A DNA stretch of 64,000 nucleotides from Escherichia phage 121Q. The first letter of the stretch is position 1. Each line of letters starts with the position of its first letter. The stretch is taken from the sequence record NC_025447.1; one strand, 5' to 3'. This document shows positions 13,868 to 24,016 of this stretch, in pieces. The translations under genes were made by a program, and so were the position numbers. The notes under the pieces were generated by a model. That model did no database searches, was not told the DNA's origin, and was given only the letters and a program-made list of their open reading frames with translations.

Positions 13868-14821
13868 ATGACCACACTATGGACTGAAAAATATCGCCCA
13901 CAATCAATGGAAGATTATGTATCAAAAAATGATGCACTACGCCAGAAAATGGAAGAATGGATTAAAACTGGTGACATTCCACATATTGGGTTTTTTGGCC
14001 CAGCAGGAACTGGTAAAACATCTGCGATCAAAGTACTCATTAATGGATTGGTACAGAATGGACACCTTGACCCAAGTGATGTGACTACGCTTAACATGTC
14101 GGATGAGGGTATTGATGCAGTTCGTGATAAAATCGATGCCGCAGCAAAGCTATCATGTTTTGGTAGGTATCGTATCTTTGTTCTTGAAGAAATGGAGCAG
14201 ATGAACCATAAAGCACAAGGTAGTTTGAAACGTGTAATGGAAGACTATCATGAAAATGCTCGCTTTATTTTAACAAGTAACGAACCACATAAAATTCAAA
14301 AACCTATCATTTCTCGTGTTCAAGTTATTACAATCGAAAAGCATGATATGGAACAATTCATGACTCGAATTTATAATATTCTTCTAGCAGAAGGTGTTGA
14401 TTTGAGTAGTGATGATAGTGTTGAACAAGTTCAAAAGTATATCAATGCTTCCTATCCTGATTTCCGTAAAACACTAAACGTATTGCAAAGTTCAGTTGTT
14501 GATGGTAAGCTAGTAAAACTTGAAGATAGTATTGAAAATTCAGCAGGGTATCGTACTGCAATTGTTGAAGCATTAAAGGCAGGAAACATTCGCCAAATGC
14601 GTGAACAAATTGTACAAAATATCCCTGATGATGAGATGGATGCATTCTTTTCTTATCTGTATCGTAATGCTGAAATGTTCAGTACTGATGAAATTACTCT
14701 TATGAAAATCAAGGTTAAGATTCGTGATGCTGTTGTAAAACAAGCAACTGTATCTGACCGTGAAATGAATCTCAGTGCACTTCTGTGCGAGATTGACCTA
14801 ATTTGTTCGGGGAACATGTAA
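13868..14821 (+). CDS. RFC/gp44-like AAA+ clamp-loader ATPase
   Basis: WTEKYRP box, Walker A GPAGTGKTS, sensor-1-like ILTSN, ISRVQ (SRC-like); start placed at ATG 13868 after AAGGAAA RBS, giving 318 aa. Confidence 0.75.
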   Translation: MTTLWTEKYRPQSMEDYVSKNDALRQKMEEWIKTGDIPHIGFFGPAGTGKTSAIKVLINGLVQNGHLDPSDVTTLNMSDEGIDAVRDKIDAAAKLSCFGRYRIFVLEEMEQMNHKAQGSLKRVMEDYHENARFILTSNEPHKIQKPIISRVQVITIEKHDMEQFMTRIYNILLAEGVDLSSDDSVEQVQKYINASYPDFRKTLNVLQSSVVDGKLVKLEDSIENSAGYRTAIVEALKAGNIRQMREQIVQNIPDDEMDAFFSYLYRNAEMFSTDEITLMKIKVKIRDAVVKQATVSDREMNLSALLCEIDLICSGNM

Positions 14822-15447
14822 TGAAACCACGTTGTATAGTTTTTGATTGTGATGAAGTTCTATTGGACCATATGGGTATGCTTTCTGAGTTCGTAAAACA
14901 AACTTATAATATCACACCATCAACACCATACCCATTAGAATATGATTTATCCGATTGGTTGGGTGTCCCCCAACAAGAAGTTAAAAAAATTCTTGAACAA
15001 TTCAACCAACAATCATATTTGTTTGGGTTGTTAAAACCAGTCGAACCTAATACAGTTGATATTGTACAAGAGCTACGTGATCGTTTTCATAAAGAAAAAT
15101 TTGTAGTACTAACAAAATGTGGCAAAAAAGGTTATGGAGAAGTTTTACGTAATGTAAACCTAATGCGTGAATTTGGTGAAAACTGTTTTGATGAGATTAT
15201 TATTATTGAAATGAACGAATCAAAGAAACAAGCACTAGAGGATTTACAGTCTAGATATGATGTAAAACTTATGATTGATGATTATATCAATAATATTGAA
15301 ACTGCAATGGGACTTGGTATTCCGTCAGTTATGATGGGATGTTCTCATAATTCAATGTATAAGAACACTGGTAATTTTGAATACATTGAGAATTGGACAG
15401 ATCTTAGATTGAAAATTTATTCAGTACTAGGTAAATATTACAAATAA
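14821..15447 (+). CDS. HAD-superfamily hydrolase (possible nucleotidase)
   Basis: N-terminal IVFDCDEVL = HAD motif I (DxDx[TV]); TAATG overlap with upstream gene. Confidence 0.6.
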   Translation: MKPRCIVFDCDEVLLDHMGMLSEFVKQTYNITPSTPYPLEYDLSDWLGVPQQEVKKILEQFNQQSYLFGLLKPVEPNTVDIVQELRDRFHKEKFVVLTKCGKKGYGEVLRNVNLMREFGENCFDEIIIIEMNESKKQALEDLQSRYDVKLMIDDYINNIETAMGLGIPSVMMGCSHNSMYKNTGNFEYIENWTDLRLKIYSVLGKYYK

Positions 15448-15459
15448 AACTTTTAAATT

Positions 15460-15496
15460 GGGGGGTTTGAATCAAACCCCTTTTGTTGTTTTTTAA
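15460..15496 (+). terminator. intrinsic terminator
   Basis: GGGGGGTTTGAATCAAACCCC hairpin followed by T-rich tract. Confidence 0.6.
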
Positions 15497-15545
15497 AAGT
15501 AGTAAATAGTATTATATGTGCTAGTTTTTAAGGATAATATAAAAT

Positions 15546-16109
15546 ATGGACGATTTAGATTATACAGATAATGCTATTCAGCAGTTGTATGATAACAGTG
15601 GTATGTTAGATATACTTCTTGCTGTAGAAAAATATTTCGATGATAATGATTTGTATGCGTATAAAGGAATTATTGAGGGTGAGTTGGTAGAGGGACCAAT
15701 TGTAAGTAAGTATTGGTGTACTGTAACATTTAAATACTATCGTGAAAATTTCCCTGATCCTACAGCATTCTCTATTTTGGAGAAGCATGGTACTAAAGTG
15801 TATGTTAAAGCTGATTATGAAATAACTCCTATCAAAGAACCTAATCGACAAGCTGATATGAAAAGTGTTGCGACACAATCAGGATCGGTACGTATACCAA
15901 AAAATGAAAGAATCCCAGTACTATTGGTTAGAGTGCAGATTCCACGAAACTTAATTAATCCAGAAAGTTTTGATGAATATAAACTAATGGCAGCAGAATT
16001 CAATAGTAATCCAATGAATTCACCAGAAAATTTTGAAGAACCTGTAACTGGTGATGATGTAGATTTGGATGTGGAAGTAACGGATGAGACACAAGAAGGT
16101 GGAATGTAA
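15546..16109 (+). CDS. hypothetical acidic protein
   Basis: 187-aa ORF. Confidence 0.55.
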   Translation: MDDLDYTDNAIQQLYDNSGMLDILLAVEKYFDDNDLYAYKGIIEGELVEGPIVSKYWCTVTFKYYRENFPDPTAFSILEKHGTKVYVKADYEITPIKEPNRQADMKSVATQSGSVRIPKNERIPVLLVRVQIPRNLINPESFDEYKLMAAEFNSNPMNSPENFEEPVTGDDVDLDVEVTDETQEGGM

Positions 16110-16789
16110 TGAAAAAGAAATTAAATGAACAAGGCTTACGTCCGCAAGTTCTCAAAGATTTGATTCATCCTATAATTAGTGTTGATGAATATACTCCTAA
16201 AATTGAAGATAGTAATATTGTTATTATGTTTCAGGTTCTTAACAATTTTGATGCAGCATATGATTTATCTTCTTTTATTGAAAAATCACCTATTGATGTA
16301 GTTGATACAGAAGCAGCAGAAACACCAAATTTAGATGGTCGATATCAAGTTTATGTGGAAATGGAACGAAATGCTGAATTCCCTGAAAAACTTTTACGTT
16401 TAATTAAAACTATTGAAAATATTTGTCCAGACCCAGGTTGGAAAATACAACTATATGGTGTTAATGACCCAATCGATGTTGATTTTGAAGAAATACAGCA
16501 GAGAATTGATTTGGGCATTCCTAGTTCAATTAGTGAGTTCCTTGATTATGCTGGTGTTTCAGTAATCAAAGAAGGAAACATGTTGACATTAAAAACAGCA
16601 TATGGTAAATTACACTACAGTACTGGAAGCGGTTTTGTTTCAGAAACATATGTGAAAAAGTTATTAAAGAATGATACACAATTAGACACTTCGCGTCTTA
16701 GTTCCATACTAGGGGAAAGCTATACAGTACTACGAAGTGGTGATCAATATGTAATTGGAAGAAACGGGAAATATTTGGTGTTGCGATGA
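16109..16789 (+). CDS. hypothetical protein
   Basis: 226-aa ORF, start overlaps upstream stop. Confidence 0.55.
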   Translation: MKKKLNEQGLRPQVLKDLIHPIISVDEYTPKIEDSNIVIMFQVLNNFDAAYDLSSFIEKSPIDVVDTEAAETPNLDGRYQVYVEMERNAEFPEKLLRLIKTIENICPDPGWKIQLYGVNDPIDVDFEEIQQRIDLGIPSSISEFLDYAGVSVIKEGNMLTLKTAYGKLHYSTGSGFVSETYVKKLLKNDTQLDTSRLSSILGESYTVLRSGDQYVIGRNGKYLVLR

Positions 16790-17604
16790 GAATTTTAAAT
16801 ATGCTTAAATCTCTTCACGAAACAACCAAATTACATCAGGATGAAAAGTATCGTCGCAGCCTTACTAAAGATTTAGCATGTCGTATGTATATGCGTAGAT
16901 TTGAAATTTCAAGAATTGGTAAAGGCTGGGATGATGTAAATCGTGAAGACATTGATCCAGATGCAATTTTTAAAGCATACATGGCTAGAAAAGTTTTCAT
17001 AAATGAAAAAACTTTTTATATTGATAGTGATAGAGAATTAGAAAATAAATTTACAAAAGGTTTATGGAAGATATGGTGTGTTGAAGTATTCGGTGAAGTA
17101 TTACCTGAGCCACCTGTTCCAGAAACTTATAAAGATTTAAAAAGTATTTTTGATAATGAACATATACATTCAAATTTCTCATTATATGATACTGTGTCAG
17201 AAGCTGTATTTTATGGTGAGTTACATGGTCATAACAAATACTTTGATAGTATGGTTAGTTTTGATTTGTTTTGTCACTTGCCTGGTGTATCAAGTTGGAC
17301 ATGTGACCAACACAGAGCAAGTAAGATTGATAAGCGAAAATTCTCGGCCCAAAGATTTATGCAAGTTGCTATGAGTATGTATAAACTTGATTATCTTGGT
17401 TGTCCAGAACCATATAAACATTTTTGGAAAGAAAGAGCACAAAAATGTTTAAACTATTGTATAATCCGTTTAATGGACACATACATTCTTAAGTTTAGAA
17501 ATGCAACTGTATACGACATGCCTGAACCACCAAAGAATGAAAAATATCCACCTGTCAAGACATTTGTATGGTACAAGGATAAAAGTAACAAAAGGATGCA
17601 CTAA
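16786..17604 (+). CDS. hypothetical protein
   Basis: 272-aa ORF, ATGA overlap. Confidence 0.55.
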   Translation: MRILNMLKSLHETTKLHQDEKYRRSLTKDLACRMYMRRFEISRIGKGWDDVNREDIDPDAIFKAYMARKVFINEKTFYIDSDRELENKFTKGLWKIWCVEVFGEVLPEPPVPETYKDLKSIFDNEHIHSNFSLYDTVSEAVFYGELHGHNKYFDSMVSFDLFCHLPGVSSWTCDQHRASKIDKRKFSAQRFMQVAMSMYKLDYLGCPEPYKHFWKERAQKCLNYCIIRLMDTYILKFRNATVYDMPEPPKNEKYPPVKTFVWYKDKSNKRMH

Positions 17605-17620
17605 GGTGCGTCCTTTTTTT
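17593..17620 (+). terminator. intrinsic terminator
   Basis: GGATGCAC..GTGCGTCC hairpin followed by T7 run. Confidence 0.55.
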
Positions 17621-17631
17621 CTTTTCAGGTG

Positions 17632-17660
17632 TTGACATGTGTAGTCGAAGTATGTACAAT
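17632..17660 (+). promoter_or_regulatory. sigma70-type early promoter
   Basis: TTGACA, 17-nt spacer, TACAAT. Confidence 0.55.
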
Positions 17661-17701
17661 ATCACCATCGCGTAAATTTTAATTGATTATGAGGTTTTAT
17701 A

Positions 17702-18829
17702 ATGAAAGGTAAATATTTTTTCATTGAAAATGGCAAAGAAGTTGAGATTCAAGAATTTAACTATAATTATGTACTGAACTCTTTATTGAAACAATATGAC
17801 CGTTCATCAAACAAAAAATACATTTATAATGTAATTGTTCGCCGCACCTATGACTCATTGGGTAATCCGTTATTTGATGTAAAAACTCTGTCATTAGATG
17901 AAATCTATTTTGATAATAAACGTCTGAAAGTTCTTGATTTAATGAAGGATAAAATTCATTTTAGTAATATTAGAATTGATCCTAACATGCCAGTACCGCC
18001 ATTAGAGCGTGAATATCGTGAATGGAAAGAAGGTCGTGCCAAACCACGTTTAGACTTGGTACAAACATCACCAGATGTACCTGCACCTATTGTTCTTAAG
18101 AAAAAACCTATCAACCCAGACGATAGCAGAATTGATGACATTGAAAGATGGGTTGAATTCCCTAGTACTATTGAAAAGAATTCAGTAAAAGTACTAGACT
18201 GGTTTGTAAACTTACCAGTTTGTGCACAAGAAATTGGAACTAAGATTCAACAAATTTCAGAACGTCAATTGGATCTTAACTCAGCATTACAACAGCATAG
18301 TGATTATATTAGAATGCTTATGAATAACCTTACTGTTGCGTTGGAAACGTTGTTCCCATTGAAGCCGACCTTTACACAGAAATTGTTTGGTAAAACTGAT
18401 ATCAAAGTGCAACCATCAGATTTGCCAAAAGTGATGAAAGCACTAAATGAAGCAGTTAAATATGACACTAATAAGTTTAGTGGTCTTAGTACGATGTTTT
18501 CAGAACTTAGAAACGAAGTTAATGAAATCAAAAATGAACTTGAATATGGTAAGTTGGGTTGTGAATACGCACTACGTTGTGTGGATGATGCGTTTGAATA
18601 TGAATTAACATTAGAACGTATTATGAAAATGGGAATCACCACCTCCATGACTGAAACGAGCATTATTGCAACAAGTAAGCAATATCAAGTTGATATGAAT
18701 CGTATGGTAGATATTCAAACTATTACTATTCCTTTGATTATCAATCGTTTACAATCACAGACAGGTAAAGCCGTAGATGAGAGTACTGTAGAGATTATTC
18801 GTAATCTGGCATATGGTAACAAAGAGTAA
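17702..18829 (+). CDS. hypothetical protein
   Basis: 375-aa ORF. Confidence 0.6.
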   Translation: MKGKYFFIENGKEVEIQEFNYNYVLNSLLKQYDRSSNKKYIYNVIVRRTYDSLGNPLFDVKTLSLDEIYFDNKRLKVLDLMKDKIHFSNIRIDPNMPVPPLEREYREWKEGRAKPRLDLVQTSPDVPAPIVLKKKPINPDDSRIDDIERWVEFPSTIEKNSVKVLDWFVNLPVCAQEIGTKIQQISERQLDLNSALQQHSDYIRMLMNNLTVALETLFPLKPTFTQKLFGKTDIKVQPSDLPKVMKALNEAVKYDTNKFSGLSTMFSELRNEVNEIKNELEYGKLGCEYALRCVDDAFEYELTLERIMKMGITTSMTETSIIATSKQYQVDMNRMVDIQTITIPLIINRLQSQTGKAVDESTVEIIRNLAYGNKE

Positions 18830-18837
18830 AAAAATAC

Positions 18838-18866
18838 TTGACTATCATACGTGCTGCCCGTATAAT
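18838..18866 (+). promoter_or_regulatory. sigma70-type early promoter
   Basis: TTGACT, 17-nt spacer, TATAAT. Confidence 0.6.
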
Positions 18867-18914
18867 GTTTATCACAGAGCAGCACATCATATTAAATTAA
18901 ACGAGGAATACTAA

Positions 18915-20051
18915 ATGTCCGAGAAAGAAATCAATCCTAAAAAAGCATCCACCGCAGCTAAATCAGCAAAACGTACTACTAAAACTGCGACTAAAGGTCA
19001 TACAATTGATGCAAGTGATATTTTTAACCAAACTACAAAATCACTACCAGTACTGAAAGATGTTAAGGGAAATACTATGTCTCTAACAGTTCAAAACATC
19101 AATACTGTTGGTACAACTGCTGGTGCTGCTGTTGGGCGTTTGGCTGATGAAATTATGTCTAAAGTTAATGTAACGGATGACAATACCGAGTTTGGTAAAT
19201 CAATCACCACAATTCTTACGTTGACTCGTGCAGTTGATATTGATAGTCTTCAAGAAGATAAATCAATTGTTGGTCGTATTAAGAAATTCTTTGTTAATGC
19301 TCAACAGAAAGTAGGTGATCAGTACAAAAACAGTAAAGAGCAAATTGACGAAATTATGAAAACTCTTCAAACTGGTATTAATCGCCAGCACGGAGAATGT
19401 GAATGGCTTGATAAAGCATATAATGAAAACAAAGAATATTTGTTTGAATTGCGTGATACATTAGTTGGTTTAGAAGAAGTGACTAAAACACAAGATGCAT
19501 TATTAGTAGAAATGCAAGCAGACAAAAATGTAGACTCTTTTGCTATTCAAGAGCAAAAGATGATTTGTGAAGCACTTTCTAAACAAGAAGATAAGATTCG
19601 TCGTCTTATCATGATGTGCGAGCTAAGTGGTCCACGTTTGATGAGTATGAAAAAAGTAAACTTAAACACTGTTTCTAAGTTTGAAGATTTAAAATCTGTT
19701 GTTATTCCAGCATGGAAGTCTCAATTGGCTGAACAGTTAATTTCCGAGCGTCAACGTAAGGATAATGAACTAGGCAATCTGATTGATAATGAGACAAACC
19801 GTCTTTTGGAAACTAACTCTAAAATGGTTGCAGCAAATATGTTGGACGCAGCAAAGGCAAACAACCGTGGTATTGTGGATATTAAAACCTTGCGTAATGT
19901 ACATAAAACGATGATTGACAGTATTGAAGCAGTTATTGAAGAAGAGAAAAAAGGTAAATTGGAACGTGAACGTGCTAAACAGGAAATTGCACAACTTTCC
20001 TATGAACTGGAAGACACTCTTCGTGAAATTGCCGAAAAAGCTAACAAGTAA
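18915..20051 (+). CDS. hypothetical coiled-coil-rich protein
   Basis: 378-aa ORF after strong promoter and RBS. Confidence 0.6.
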   Translation: MSEKEINPKKASTAAKSAKRTTKTATKGHTIDASDIFNQTTKSLPVLKDVKGNTMSLTVQNINTVGTTAGAAVGRLADEIMSKVNVTDDNTEFGKSITTILTLTRAVDIDSLQEDKSIVGRIKKFFVNAQQKVGDQYKNSKEQIDEIMKTLQTGINRQHGECEWLDKAYNENKEYLFELRDTLVGLEEVTKTQDALLVEMQADKNVDSFAIQEQKMICEALSKQEDKIRRLIMMCELSGPRLMSMKKVNLNTVSKFEDLKSVVIPAWKSQLAEQLISERQRKDNELGNLIDNETNRLLETNSKMVAANMLDAAKANNRGIVDIKTLRNVHKTMIDSIEAVIEEEKKGKLERERAKQEIAQLSYELEDTLREIAEKANK

Positions 20052-20054
20052 TAG

Positions 20055-20083
20055 TTGACATATGAGTGCGTTTTTAATATAAT
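20055..20083 (+). promoter_or_regulatory. sigma70-type early promoter, embedded in terminator hairpin
   Basis: TTGACA, 17-nt spacer, TATAAT. Confidence 0.5.
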
Positions 20084-20106
20084 CTTATTGAAAACGCACT
20101 CTTTTT
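20064..20106 (+). terminator. intrinsic terminator
   Basis: GAGTGCGTTTT...AAAACGCACTC long hairpin followed by TTTTT. Confidence 0.5.
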
Positions 20107-20130
20107 AATGTACAGATAAGGAACTAACTT

Positions 20131-20820
20131 ATGAAACGTCGTCATATTAGTGTTGATATTGAAGCTCTTGGAACACCTGAACTTTCCGGTTATGATATTA
20201 TTATCCCAAATTACGCAGCAGTAGTAGTTCCAAGTAAACCTGAAAATGACATTCGTCAGTTCTTATATATTAAATTACCATACCAGGATCAAGTTGCTAC
20301 TGGTTTAAAATCAGACGCAGGTGCAATGGATTTTTGGATGAATACATGTCAGAAAGAATACCCTAATGCATATTCTGAAGTTGCCAGTACTATGAAACTC
20401 AAAGCACCTGAACTGTATGGACCGAATGGTCAATCACGACGATTTTTTGCATACAGTAGTATTGTTGATTTCTGGAAAGAATTACGTTACAATGATTATG
20501 GTGAAGAAGTTCCTCATTCAGTCTGGGGTAATGGATGTAACTTCGATTGTAGTATTTTACAAGCAAACCATTTAAAACTAATGAACGCTGGTGAGTTGTG
20601 GAAGTATGATGCACCTGAAAATGCACGCACATTGAAACGTTTATTGAATGAAGAAGCTCGTATTGAAATGGATGAAATCGTTTCGGTACAGTTGGATAAA
20701 TTTATCACATATGCAAATACGTGTGGGATTAATGGGTTGGAGTTACATCATCCACTATTTGATGCAGCACGTGAAGCAATCCAGATTTCATTCTGTCTAA
20801 ACAAGCTTAAAATGGATTAA
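20131..20820 (+). CDS. dexA: DexA-like 3'-5' exonuclease (DnaQ-like fold)
   Basis: 229 aa; Exo I-like SVDIEALG near N-terminus and HHPLFDA Exo III-like motif near C-terminus. Confidence 0.75.
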   Translation: MKRRHISVDIEALGTPELSGYDIIIPNYAAVVVPSKPENDIRQFLYIKLPYQDQVATGLKSDAGAMDFWMNTCQKEYPNAYSEVASTMKLKAPELYGPNGQSRRFFAYSSIVDFWKELRYNDYGEEVPHSVWGNGCNFDCSILQANHLKLMNAGELWKYDAPENARTLKRLLNEEARIEMDEIVSVQLDKFITYANTCGINGLELHHPLFDAAREAIQISFCLNKLKMD

Positions 20821-20823
20821 TAC

Positions 20824-21918
20824 ATGAATTTCATTATTCTGTTAATACCTGCTCTTATCGTTGTATTCGTTATGAAATACATGTACGATAAGCATATCAG
20901 TACTAAAGAACTATTGATTCATATTGGTTGTTGTCTGGTTGGTGCGGCTCTTGTTCTTGGTATTTCATACGCAATCAACTATAGCCAGCTTTATGATGTT
21001 GAGATTCTGAATGGTCAAGTAACTTCAAAATACAGCCACAAAGAATATTGCACACAATCTAGTTCATGTAAGCACTATACATGGCATGAGAAGTGCCATA
21101 CGCGATATGATAGTAAAGGTAAATCACATCGTGAGTGTGAATCATATAAGGTTTTTGATTACTCATATGAAGTTGATTGGTATGTGAAAAGTACAGTAGG
21201 TGAGTTTGAGATTGAACGTGTGAACCGTCAAGGTACAATGACACCACCACGATGGCAGCAAGTTATGATTGGTGACTATGCCGCAGCAGAGAGTTCATAT
21301 ATCAACTATCTATTTGCTGATAAGAACTCATTGTTTAGTCCTGAAGAACTACACAACATGTATGATGAAAAGTATCTTAGTACTATTCCAGAATACCCAA
21401 GTGTAGTTGATTATTACAAAACACATCACGTAATTAACACTACAAATTACAACGTTGATGGTTACGATGAATACCTTCGTAATGAGCTAAAAACGATGGG
21501 TGCACGTAAGCAGGTAAACATCCAAGTACTAGTATATGATTACAAAGATGTGGATTTTGTTGATGCTACCCTTGCATCGTGGCGTGGTGGTAAGAAGAAT
21601 GATGTTATTATGTTCTTTGGTATTGACAATGATGGTAACGTTGTTAAATTCAACAGTACATCATTTGCACAAGGAATGAAGAATGAAGATTTACATGCAA
21701 AGATGCGTATTGATGCATTAAATGAAAAATTAACTCTTGACTTACTAGTTAAAGAAGTACATAATATTGACGCACAGTTTGAGAGACTCTCTAATAAAGA
21801 GTTTGAGTACTTGTCAGTAAAAATGGAACCTAGAAAAGATGTTCTTATCGGTGCTTCCATTGTTTTGTTGATTCTGTCTATTTTCATTGGCCTTTATATG
21901 AGGGATAACGATTTATGA
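20824..21918 (+). CDS. membrane protein with N- and C-terminal TM segments
   Basis: Hydrophobic N-terminus MNFIILLIPALIVVFV and C-terminal VLIGASIVLLILSIFIGLYM. Confidence 0.6.
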   Translation: MNFIILLIPALIVVFVMKYMYDKHISTKELLIHIGCCLVGAALVLGISYAINYSQLYDVEILNGQVTSKYSHKEYCTQSSSCKHYTWHEKCHTRYDSKGKSHRECESYKVFDYSYEVDWYVKSTVGEFEIERVNRQGTMTPPRWQQVMIGDYAAAESSYINYLFADKNSLFSPEELHNMYDEKYLSTIPEYPSVVDYYKTHHVINTTNYNVDGYDEYLRNELKTMGARKQVNIQVLVYDYKDVDFVDATLASWRGGKKNDVIMFFGIDNDGNVVKFNSTSFAQGMKNEDLHAKMRIDALNEKLTLDLLVKEVHNIDAQFERLSNKEFEYLSVKMEPRKDVLIGASIVLLILSIFIGLYMRDNDL

Positions 21919-22469
21919 ATGGTAAACTCCTTGCGTTAATTGGTATTTTGGTAGTTATCGTACTAATGGTGTTTGGTTCTATTAGTATGTATGTTGGTAC
22001 ACATGATCGTGCAGTTGAGTTTGAAGGAAACATTAAAAAGTACTATGATGCATCTGAAAGTCAACTTAGCAATTATAATCTTACTATTCAAGATAAGGTT
22101 CAAGTAGCAGATAAGTACAAAGATGCGTTGAAAGAAACGATTGAATCATACTTTAAAGGGCGTGAAGGTGTTGACCAGAAGTTTGTAATGTCACAGATTC
22201 AACAACAGGTTCCAAATCTTGATCCTAAAATTTATCAGGAATTGATGGTGACAATTGAAGCAGGACGTACAAAGTTCAACAATCTTCAGAAAATGAAAAT
22301 TGACCAGTGTACTGATTATGCTAAGTTCCGCAAAGGCTTCTGGAATTCCAAAATTCTTGATTCGAATACGTTTCCAAGTGAAAATATTGAACACCTTTGT
22401 ACAGTAGTATCTGATACGCGTACCAAGAAAGCAATGGATACTGGTATTCAAGAATCAATTAAACTATAA
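21915..22469 (+). CDS. LemA-like membrane-anchored protein
   Basis: N-terminal TM helix; C-terminal R..FNN.....N.....YAKFRKGF resembles LemA-family C-terminal pattern. Confidence 0.45.
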   Translation: MNGKLLALIGILVVIVLMVFGSISMYVGTHDRAVEFEGNIKKYYDASESQLSNYNLTIQDKVQVADKYKDALKETIESYFKGREGVDQKFVMSQIQQQVPNLDPKIYQELMVTIEAGRTKFNNLQKMKIDQCTDYAKFRKGFWNSKILDSNTFPSENIEHLCTVVSDTRTKKAMDTGIQESIKL

Positions 22470-22478
22470 TTAAATGTT

Positions 22479-22502
22479 GGGAGTACTTTGTACTCCCCTT
22501 TT
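22479..22502 (+). terminator. intrinsic terminator
   Basis: GGGAGTAC..GTACTCCC hairpin followed by CTTTT. Confidence 0.55.
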
Positions 22503-22504
22503 CT

Positions 22505-23092
22505 ATGGGGTGTACTATGTTTTTAAAAAATACTTATGAATTAATTAAAATGCTTCAAAATATGAATTCAGGTGGATTGTTTCCCTATTACTCTGAGGAT
22601 GAAACTCATCGTTTAGTCCTTAAATTGGATGAAACTGGACGTATTATATCACTAAGAACAACAGTTCCCAGTGTAGAACCAGTAATTACCAAATCGACTC
22701 AAAATTCAGGAACTGCTGTTCAAACACCACAAATGTACACGATTAGCACTCCACCTATTAAACGAGTTGCTTGTATTGTGAATATAAAAGTATCTAAGGA
22801 CTATCGTGACTTAATATCAGTAGAATGGTCAGAACTAACATCATCATTAGCAGGAAATGGATTTGTAGTATCTAATGGATTTGTTACTACAAATCCAAGT
22901 CCAGCACAAAATGTGAAAGAAGGACAACAGATCATGAGTGCATTGTATCTTAGTAATGGTTGTGTTATCATCAATGGTAAGTTGTATAGCGATTCCGACC
23001 CCACAGCATTCACTGAAGATTTGATTGGTGATAAAGAATACAGCATTCTTGAAATTATGAATTTTAAAAAGGTATATGAAAACCATGACTAG
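22505..23092 (+). CDS. hypothetical protein
   Basis: 195-aa ORF. Confidence 0.55.
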   Translation: MGCTMFLKNTYELIKMLQNMNSGGLFPYYSEDETHRLVLKLDETGRIISLRTTVPSVEPVITKSTQNSGTAVQTPQMYTISTPPIKRVACIVNIKVSKDYRDLISVEWSELTSSLAGNGFVVSNGFVTTNPSPAQNVKEGQQIMSALYLSNGCVIINGKLYSDSDPTAFTEDLIGDKEYSILEIMNFKKVYENHD

Positions 23093-23657
23093 ATTTCATC
23101 AAGATGATTTGCCATTTATACAAGAACTAGAAGAACTGGTGATAAGTATTATGGATGAAATTAGTACTTGGGATATAACAGTTTTTCGAAATGTATATGA
23201 TAAAGTGGTGAATTTTAAAAATGTTAATATTGAAGTAAAACATAATAATTTTTACTTAACAAAACAATTCATTCTAACTCGTCCTGGAACAAAGCCAGTT
23301 AAACGTAATTTGTCATTCGGACACCTGGTTGGTGCAGAAAATGTACATGATGAATGGGTTGATTCAATCTATTCGTATACAAAAGCACTTATTCCTGATA
23401 TTGAGAAAAAATATTATCTTAGTATAACATTAGATGAAAACGGAAATCTTAATGCATATTCAATAAATTCTTCTTCAAATGTTCCATTACATTCAGTGAC
23501 GATTGGTGATAAAAAAATGCTAATAAATTCTGAAACATGGTATAATAGAGAAAATTTCGCAGCAGAATCATTTCAGTACTCAGTATCTGAACCAAAGTCA
23601 CCTTTTGATTTAGTGTTTGTTAATAATATTATTTTACGTTTTGGTGTAGGAGTGTAA
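23076..23657 (+). CDS. hypothetical protein
   Basis: 193-aa ORF. Confidence 0.55.
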   Translation: MKTMTRFHQDDLPFIQELEELVISIMDEISTWDITVFRNVYDKVVNFKNVNIEVKHNNFYLTKQFILTRPGTKPVKRNLSFGHLVGAENVHDEWVDSIYSYTKALIPDIEKKYYLSITLDENGNLNAYSINSSSNVPLHSVTIGDKKMLINSETWYNRENFAAESFQYSVSEPKSPFDLVFVNNIILRFGVGV

Positions 23658-23660
23658 TTT

Positions 23661-24014
23661 ATGCTAATTTATTTAAGTGTTATTGTAATTTCGTTACTGG
23701 TATCATTCGCTGTTCTTAAAATTGTTGCTATTTGTAGAAGTAAGATTGATAGTTCTGAAACTAGATCAGTACTTGACTTGATTATGGATCATCCTAAAAT
23801 CTGTGGTATTATTGTATTATTCGTTGTACTGATTAATACATATATTGTCAGGGAACATTTATATAATATGTATGATTGTAGTGTACGTTCTATTTCACAA
23901 GGTGTTGAAACAGACTATAGTTGGTACTATGAGAAATGTCGATTTAAAAACCAGCATGGTATTTGGGTTGATTTTGATAAACTACGTGGAACTCCTTCAG
24001 GAGAAGAAGAATAA
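23661..24014 (+). CDS. hypothetical membrane protein
   Basis: Two predicted hydrophobic helices in N-terminal half. Confidence 0.55.
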   Translation: MLIYLSVIVISLLVSFAVLKIVAICRSKIDSSETRSVLDLIMDHPKICGIIVLFVVLINTYIVREHLYNMYDCSVRSISQGVETDYSWYYEKCRFKNQHGIWVDFDKLRGTPSGEEE

Positions 24015-24016
24015 TT

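Noticed and set aside
18915-20051. TelA/KlaA-like assignment for the 378-aa coiled-coil protein
   Set aside because: Only length and helical character are suggestive; no specific motif could be verified by eye.
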